64,000 nucleotides of DNA from Eledone cirrhosa (Eukaryota): contig OZ024743.1 in assembly GCA_964016885.1 (NCBI GenBank), forward strand, positions 195,362,001-195,426,000. The letters are read 5' to 3'. Positions 56,665 to 64,000 of the stretch are shown here, in pieces. The notes under the pieces were generated by a model. The model was not told the origin of the DNA, searched no databases, and saw only the letters and a program-made list of their open reading frames with translations. How positions within the stretch are numbered: position 1 is the stretch's first letter; every line of letters begins with the position of its first letter. Made by a program: the position numbers and the translations under genes.

Positions 56665-56839
56665 TTATGAGCGTACTAGGCTTTTCTGTAAGGATCGTCT
56701 AGTTTCATGAAACCTTACGTAGTGGAATACTTATATTGTGTTATTTATTATATAATTAAAAAGCTCTGCACTATATATAGAGCACTCTTCTTACCTTTAC
56801 TACGGAAATACACACGCATATATATATATATATATATAT

Positions 56840-57325
56840 GTTCTGGCTCGTTAATTTATTATCCTGCTATAGAACCACATTCGCATACGGTTGGATAATA
56901 CTTGTATACTTATATGTATTTTTTACACGTAGGAACACATACTTTATTATTATTAATGTCCCCTAATATTGAGATAACATTTTGGTCGTTTGAACTACTG
57001 CTATTTCTAGTGGAAGGACATTGACCTGTTCGCCCTTGCCTTCTGTCTTTACACACGGCACCAGACATAATTTGTTCCTTCCTCATTCACTCTCATCCGG
57101 GAACAGTTTTGTATGGCGCCAGTTTGTGATTTTAATTCGAGAATATTATATTCTCCGAGCGAGAAGAACCTTCTGACGAGGGTCCACTTCTTAATGGAGG
57201 TCCGCCTGCATTATACATTTATTTTTTTACTTGAAACCGCGCAGTAAGGTACATATAGTAAGTACAGCAAACTTTTAAAAATTTATTTTAAAACTGTTTC
57301 TCTATTTGCTAAACCTTGATTTTAT
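56840..57325 (+). mobile_element. Second, diverged copy of the 485-bp HHR element, flanked by (TA)n; HHR at 57168-57250
   Basis: Colinear with 10428-10912 from GTTCTGGCTCGTT to TTTGCTAAACCTTG. HHR: ACCTT CTGACGA GGGT..ACTT GAAA CCGCGCAG TA AGGT. Confidence 0.8.
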
Positions 57326-57344
57326 ATGTATATATATATATATA

Positions 57345-57491
57345 TAATGGTAAACGGAAAAAAAAATGCTGACAAATTGTTCCCAGTGAAAAATAGTTTA
57401 ATTTGGAATAAGTAAAATTTAGTAATAGTATTGATTTGTATTCAGTTTTGGTTTTAAGTTTTACCGGTTGCGCATTTCTAATGCTTTTCAA
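57345..57491 (-). mobile_element. Short pLTR fragment with variant HHR core; inverted homolog at 61456-61582
   Basis: rc: TTGAAAA GCAT tagaa ATGC GCAA CCGG TA ... AACAATTTGTCAGCATTTT..TCCGTTTACCA-(TA)n in both copies. Confidence 0.65.
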
Positions 57492-57771
57492 TATATATAT
57501 ATATATATATGTGTGTGTATATATATATATATATGTATGTATATATATATATATATATATATATAGGTCTGTTATTTTATCATTTATTTTGTTTTGACCT
57601 GTTTAGCTTGTTTGCTTTTTGGCTTAGGTGGTTAATGCTTTCTTGACCTCTTTTTCAGTTTTAACATATTGTTTAGCTCTGGTTTTTTAACTATTGAGCG
57701 CTTGCCAGCATAACTCTGAATTTTGCGTTTCGTTTCGCTTTTTCTGCCCGCCGAAATGCCATTCTCGCTGA

Positions 57772-57826
<55 letters not shown>

Positions 57827-58014
57827 GGATCCCGACGGCAGAGCTCAAGCCGTTTCGACGGCTATTTCTGGACAAAATAACATTTTTAGCGTGGTAATGA
57901 TATAGCCGAACTTTTCAAGAAGTAATTCCATATATGGGCATGCGATAATCCTGCATTTCTGAGGGTTGTAATTATCAAAAGGATTATATATATATATATA
58001 TTTATATATATATT

Positions 58015-58087
<73 letters not shown>

Positions 58088-58169
58088 CGGGTAAAATTCC
58101 CGAGATCCATGGTCGAGTTCTCTCCAGCTGTCTCTAACCTTCATTATCGCTGCCATGTCCTGCGTCTCC

Positions 58170-58279
<110 letters not shown>

Positions 58280-58479
58280 CATGTTTGTGTTTTTGTGTGT
58301 CTGTATGTATGTATTATGTACGTATGTATGTATTTTATTTACATACAAATAATAACATAAATATACGTTTAAAGCATTGAGGGCTCCCACCCGCTCGGGA
58401 AGTCTATGCGTTGAACATAGATATGTATGTAAAGAAAGAGTGATTGTGTGTGGGAGAGAAATATGCGGGGGAGGGGGTG

Positions 58480-58561
58480 TAAGAGAGACATAGATAGAGA
58501 GAAAGGGAAAGAGAAGAGAGAGATACAGAATAAGAGAGAGAGTGAGAGAGAAAGGAAAAAG

Positions 58562-58599
<38 letters not shown>

Positions 58600-59006
58600 C
58601 AGAGAGAGTGAGCAATTTAAGAGATACAGCGAAAGAAAGAATGATAGATAGAGAGAGAGAGAGAAGATAGAGAGAAAGATTGATAGAAAGAGAAAGAGGA
58701 AGGGAGAAAGAGAGAGAGAGGGGAGATAGAGATAAAGAATCACAGAGTGAGAAAAAGGGAGAAAAGAGATAAATAGAGAGAGGAGAGTGAGAGAGATAAA
58801 GAGAGAGAGAGGGGAAGAGAGAGAGGGAAAGAGAGAGATAGAGAATAGAGAGAGAGTGGGAGTGAGAGCGATAAAGCGACACAGAGAGGGGAAGAGAGAT
58901 GGGTGTGAGAGAGATAAAGAGACACACAGAGAGAAAAAGAGCGATAGCGAGAGAGAGAAAGAGAGAGCGATAGAGAGACTGAAAACAAAAGTGAGAGAGA
59001 GAGAGA
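58480..59006. repeat. Degenerate (GA)n purine tract
   Basis: Direct reading. Confidence 0.95.
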
Positions 59007-59145
59007 TGGTAATAAATTTATATGAATTTGTAGAAACAACAGACCGGAAAATGATCACAGTTTTCTGTTTGTTATCTTTTTCTATTATTCCTTTTTTCTC
59101 CTGTTTTATACTCATGATAGCACAGTCGTGGCCATAACTTCCCCT

Positions 59146-59184
<39 letters not shown>

Positions 59185-59779
59185 CACAACCACCACCACT
59201 ACATCTACTACTACTACTACCACCACCACCGTCACCACTACAACTACTACTACTACTACTACTGCAATAATAAAAATACTATAACGTTTGCTTCTAAGGC
59301 TACACAAGCAGCAGTAGTTGCTTCGAAATTAACAGAGAATATGTACCATAGACTGTTGGCACTGCTGCTATGACAGATGATGTAATAACACTGATGTTGA
59401 CCAACCTTTGCAACAGCTCCAATTCCATCTGCTTAAATCGCTTGATAAATATTTTTTCTTGCTTTCAAATGTCTTCTTCTTCTTCTTCTGCTTCTTCTTC
59501 TTCTTCTTCTTCTTCTTCTTCTTCTTCTTCTTCTTCAAAGCCCACCAATGATAGTTTGCCTTTCATTCTTTCAGGCTCGGTAAATAAAGCACCAGTAATA
59601 CACTGGTGTTGATTTACATTGCTGGCCTTGTTCCTAAAGTAGAAATAATTATCGGTGAGGGTCGGGTGCCATGTCCCTTTACGTTCTGAGTTCAAATCCC
59701 GCACTGGGTCGATGACATAAAGCACCAGTTATACACTGGCGTATTTGCTGGCCTTGTGCCAAAAGTAGAAACAATTATT

Positions 59780-61268
59780 GTCATCATTGTCATGTCCTCC
59801 ATCAGGATTGATCTTAATTCGTGGTTTCTTCAAGATATCGGACCATATCCAGTTGTTTTAGGTATCATGAAGTTGTTTCATTCTTTTAAACTTCAGTCTA
59901 ATACATTTCTTATTATATTAGCTGTTCCAAGCAAACAGTTTCTGTAATAAATCTGCTGTAAGAGTCAGTTTTTTTTGTTGGGGGGGGGGGGGGGGGGTAT
60001 CAATCCATCAAAATTATTTGAATCGTCCCTATTCATCTTGCACAATGTTGAAATTTTATGGTCCAGGTAGTCGTAATTTATGCTGGTTTCTTCTTTTCCT
60101 TCGAGTATCAAATGGACAAGTTGGTTCTATCAACTGACTTGATTTGTTTTTATTTCCAATTACAGTGATGTCTGGTCTATTGTGATCTAGCGGTTTATCG
60201 GAGTGTATGGGCCAATTCCACAAGATCTTGGAATCTTTCGACTCCAATAGTTACTCCAGTGGGTGCATGTACAATTTGTCTACCTTGTCAAATCCCCACA
60301 CCCCGCACAGTTTCCAGAGGATTAGTTTGGCCACCCTATCATATGTCACCTTCTTATATTCATTTTGAGCAAGCTTCGTGCATTTCGAGACGTGGGCCAC
60401 TGTTTCAACTGCAATGCCATACAGAAGACACAGAGGAGATACATATTCTTTATACATTACTTTTCTGATGTTATTTGTGCAAATTGCCTCAAATTGTGCT
60501 GCAATTATTGTGCTCTCAGTTTCCTTTTTCAAGTAACCCTTTTGCCAATCCTTCGACTTTATTCCTCGCACATCGTCTGTTGATTTTTCTAAATATATTA
60601 CTTTTGTTTCATGTTCATTATTTACCTTTTCTTTACTTTTGTCACCAGTGTTAGTTCTAAACAAACCTCTGTTTATTGCCCTCAATAACTCCTCTTTTGG
60701 CCCGCGTAAATATTGCTCTTACCCTTCTATTTCTATCCTAACAAAATCTTCTATCCAAAATTAAACCCTAGTCTCCATTTGCTTTTTTCATATATAAATA
60801 CTCCACATCTGCCTTGGGGTGATGTGCTCCATACATCGTCAACAGCTTCCGATGCAACACCTCCTACTCTGCCTTGGTCCAATCTATGATACTAGCCCAA
60901 TAGACACTGATCTTGATTTGATTGCAGATATAATCTCCTCACTGTTGTGTTTTAAATTTAATATTGCCTCCATAGCCTTATATACTCTTTGCTTGCCTGA
61001 TGCTTCATATTTTCCTGCTTTGTGTCATCTGTTTTCAATATTCCATGATATTGATATCCTCTTCCTTCATCTAAGCATTTCATCATGTTACCATCTGGTA
61101 TCACGATCCCTTCTCCCCAAACAACTTTAATAACCAGCTCAGTGCATTTTCACAAGCCAAATTCCATCTTGTTATCATCTATAAATATCTTAACAACATT
61201 TACCAAGCTGTCTACTTGATATTCACTATTCCGACACAATTTAAAATCGGCCATGAATAGAAAGACAT
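59780..61268 (-). mobile_element. R4/Dong-like non-LTR retrotransposon fragment (RT C-terminus, CCHC, RLE), degenerate
   Basis: Minus strand: [66 protein letters not shown]. Confidence 0.8.
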
Positions 61269-61269
61269 T

Positions 61270-61414
<145 letters not shown>

Positions 61415-61578
61415 CAGATCAGAGCAAACATCACGGACGTTCTATCTCAAAATTATTTTTGTAAAGCATTTTGCGCAACCGGTACAACTTAAAACCAAAA
61501 CTTAATACTAACCAATACTATTACTAATTAAACTATTTTTCACTGTGAACAATTTGTCAGCATTTTCTATTCCGTTTA

Positions 61579-61626
<48 letters not shown>

Positions 61627-61768
61627 TAGTTTATGTTGGTTGTATACCACACCTCAGTATGCAGCCTGGAGCACTCGACGAAGTGCGCAGGTTGGTTTGG
61701 TTACTCCGGAGTAGTGTAAAATAATGTTAAATAAAAGTCAAATCATTAAAATTTAGCTTCGTTTATTA

Positions 61769-61821
61769 CTGCTATATATATTTCAGTGACAGCCATCTTT
61801 GGCTCTGACCTCTTCAGGCAG
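61769..61821 (-). ncRNA. Type I hammerhead ribozyme, apparently intact
   Basis: rc: CTGC CTGAAGA GGT cag AGCCA aaga TGGCT gtc ACT GAAA TATATA TA GCAG. Confidence 0.82.
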
Positions 61822-62150
61822 TTTGAATTAGTATGGTATAGACAAGTACATATGTTGTTTAGGTGTATGATATTGTCAATACTCTGATATGCCCAGTTCC
61901 TTGTTGGGTTGTTAATTCACTGGGGAACTGGAGTCATATGAATTCAAACAAACGAATTTTCGTGTCACAGGTCCCCTTCTCCTCTCATTGGTCAGTTATT
62001 AGAACATTCCTCATTCTAAGTGTTGTTATTGTTGGAGTTAGCTTAAAAATTGATAAAATGGTAGAAGGGATAAGGTGTTAAAGGAACAAAATAACAAAAA
62101 AAGTGTCAAACTTCCCATTGTTCAGTTCTGAGAGCATTCCTCAGTCAGAA

Positions 62151-62263
62151 TTATTTCTTCATATACATGAAATACCCCCCCCCCCACACACCACCACCAC
62201 CACCACCATCGTAGTGGTGGTGGTGGTGTGGGGGGGGGGGGTATTTCATGTATATGAAGAAAT
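62151..62263. repeat. Palindrome with poly-C/(CAC)n and (GTG)n/poly-G inner arms inside the PLE 3' region
   Basis: TATTTCTTCATATACATGAAATA-Cn-(CAC)n / (GTG)n-Gn-TATTTCATGTATATGAAGAAATA. Confidence 0.88.
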
Positions 62264-64000
62264 ATAAGGCAATAAATGAAGAAAACGGAAAATAAATAAA
62301 TAATATAATAAAATAAAATAATTAATATAATTTGTGAAATTTGAAAATAAATAAATAAATAGAGAATAAAGAATAAAGAGTAAATGAGAGATTGGTGAAA
62401 AAGTAATGATAATGTATATGGAGAAGTGAGAAATAATGTAGGATAAAGTGTGTGTGTGTGTGCTATAACCAATCTCATGGTCAGAATATGTTGGATAGAT
62501 TGGTACGATACAAGATGTTAAGATGAGATATTCAATGTGTTTGTGTTATAATCTATCTCAACTTAAAATAAATATAAGGTGATACAGTGAAGAGGGCAGA
62601 AAACAAATAACAAATTAATAAAGAGAAATCAAGATTTAAGATTGGAACTTGAAAGTCAGAAATCTGGTAAATTAAAAGTGTTTGTGTTATAATGTTGGCT
62701 AAATTATTATGGCTGTGTCCGATTCTATCTCTAGGCTATCATGGTGTCTGCTCCGCCTGGGTTGTTCCCTGTGGCTTGAGGGGAGTTCACAACCTAGGGT
62801 GTTGTTATTGCCCATATAGCTTGAGGGAGGTCTGGCCGAGAGGTGTTTTCATGTTCTGTAGAAGTCCCTATAGCTTGAGGGGAGTTCACATCTTCTTGTG
62901 TTGCTACTGTCCATATATTTTGAGAAAGGTCCCGGCTCTAAGGTGTCTGCATGTCCCGAAGAAGTCGGTTCTGAGGTTTATCAGGCCGCTTCCACCTCTT
63001 AGTATCTCGAGGGTCTCGTTCAGGCATAGTTTGCATATACAAGATCCCCCTTTATCGGGTGGTACTTTCCTGATTATGTACCAGGCCAGAGAGTATGGGG
63101 TCCTGTCCAGCTTAAGCTTCCAGATCAGGTCGGAGAGAGCTGTGCTTTTCCTTTTGGCCTCCTTCTTGAATGAATGGCGATGGTTGTACCAGCGGTCCTT
63201 AATGCTCGTTGATGTGGCTCCTATGTAGAGGTGTTCGGAGTTGGGGGTTTTAACCCTACAACCGTACACTATGTTCTTCTTGAGACATTCATTACCAAGG
63301 GGGCATGATTCGGGGTTTCTGCAGTTGCAGAGGGTGGTCGGCCTCTGCGTGCCTAGATTAGGGTTCTCATTATGTGTTACATGTTGGTCTTCCCCCATAC
63401 TCGGTGGGGGGTCCTTGGGTCTGTTTGTGTTTCTTGGGTGGGCTCTGGGTCCCACCTTCCCTCCTTTCACATAGTTCTGCTGAGTGTTTGTATTGCCATC
63501 TTCTAGTTGTGTGTGGTTTTTAAGCCTACTTCTGTTGATGCTAGCTATGTGTTGGGCCAAATTTCTCGTGGTGGAATACGAAAGCTTCACAGTGTGTCTG
63601 TTGAAGATCCTGTGGAATCTGTGGTCCCTCGGGAAGCATTTGTCAAGTGCTCCAAAGAATAGTCGGGCCAAGCTTTTCTTTAGGGCCGCTGAGTAGGGTG
63701 GGTTGTACCACGTGATTTGTCGGTGTCTCCTCCTATACGTGTGGGTTGGGGGCTTCGTGATTTGTTGGAGATTTGTTGGGTTGCTGGTGGTTTCCGCACT
63801 GTTGCTTCCCTTTTGGGCTCTATACTTTTTGTTATCTTCGTGGCCCGGATTTGTGGGGTGGTTGTTGTCCGCCCCGGGAGATCCATCGTGGGGTGGTCGC
63901 CCGTTTCCTTGCCCCCACGTGTCCTGCGGTTAGGGTTGTCCGTCCTGGGGTAGTTAGCGTCACGCCTGAGACTGCTACTCATATTGTGCTCCATCTCGTG

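Larger units (their letters stand above)
61625..64000 (-). mobile_element. Naiad-type PLE, 3' portion (runs off the window), GIY-YIG ORF ending at 62904, long 3' region ending at (TA)n
   Basis: ITWYNPPYS, IFNRHTVKLSYSTT, CNCRNPESCPLGNECL-IVY...YIGAT...RWYNH, CKLCLNE, CRH. Confidence 0.92.

Overview
AT-rich, repeat-dominated eukaryotic DNA with one 200-N gap and no convincing host exon. It is most likely an octopod cephalopod intron or intergenic region, inferred from the SINE family. Most long ORFs are decayed retroelements: a CR1-type LINE, four Naiad-type Penelope-like elements (PLEs), a Neptune-type PLE, another PLE GIY-YIG fragment, two R4/Dong-like fragments and a GC-rich CRE-like element. 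Most short ORFs are microsatellite artefacts. Many tRNA-derived SINEs, a bipartite RTE-derived element (3 copies), a mariner-type MITE and a Helentron-like element are also present. The most notable layer is non-coding. About 20 type I hammerhead ribozyme (HHR) motifs, some intact and some decayed, can be folded by eye, almost all next to (TA)n tracts. They include (i) a ~485-nt non-coding, retrozyme-like unit present as two diverged copies, (ii) head-to-head palindromic HHR cassettes and (iii) U3:A8 core variants. Fold-back inverted duplications recur, several centred on (TA)n. All folds and family assignments were made by eye and need computational or experimental confirmation.
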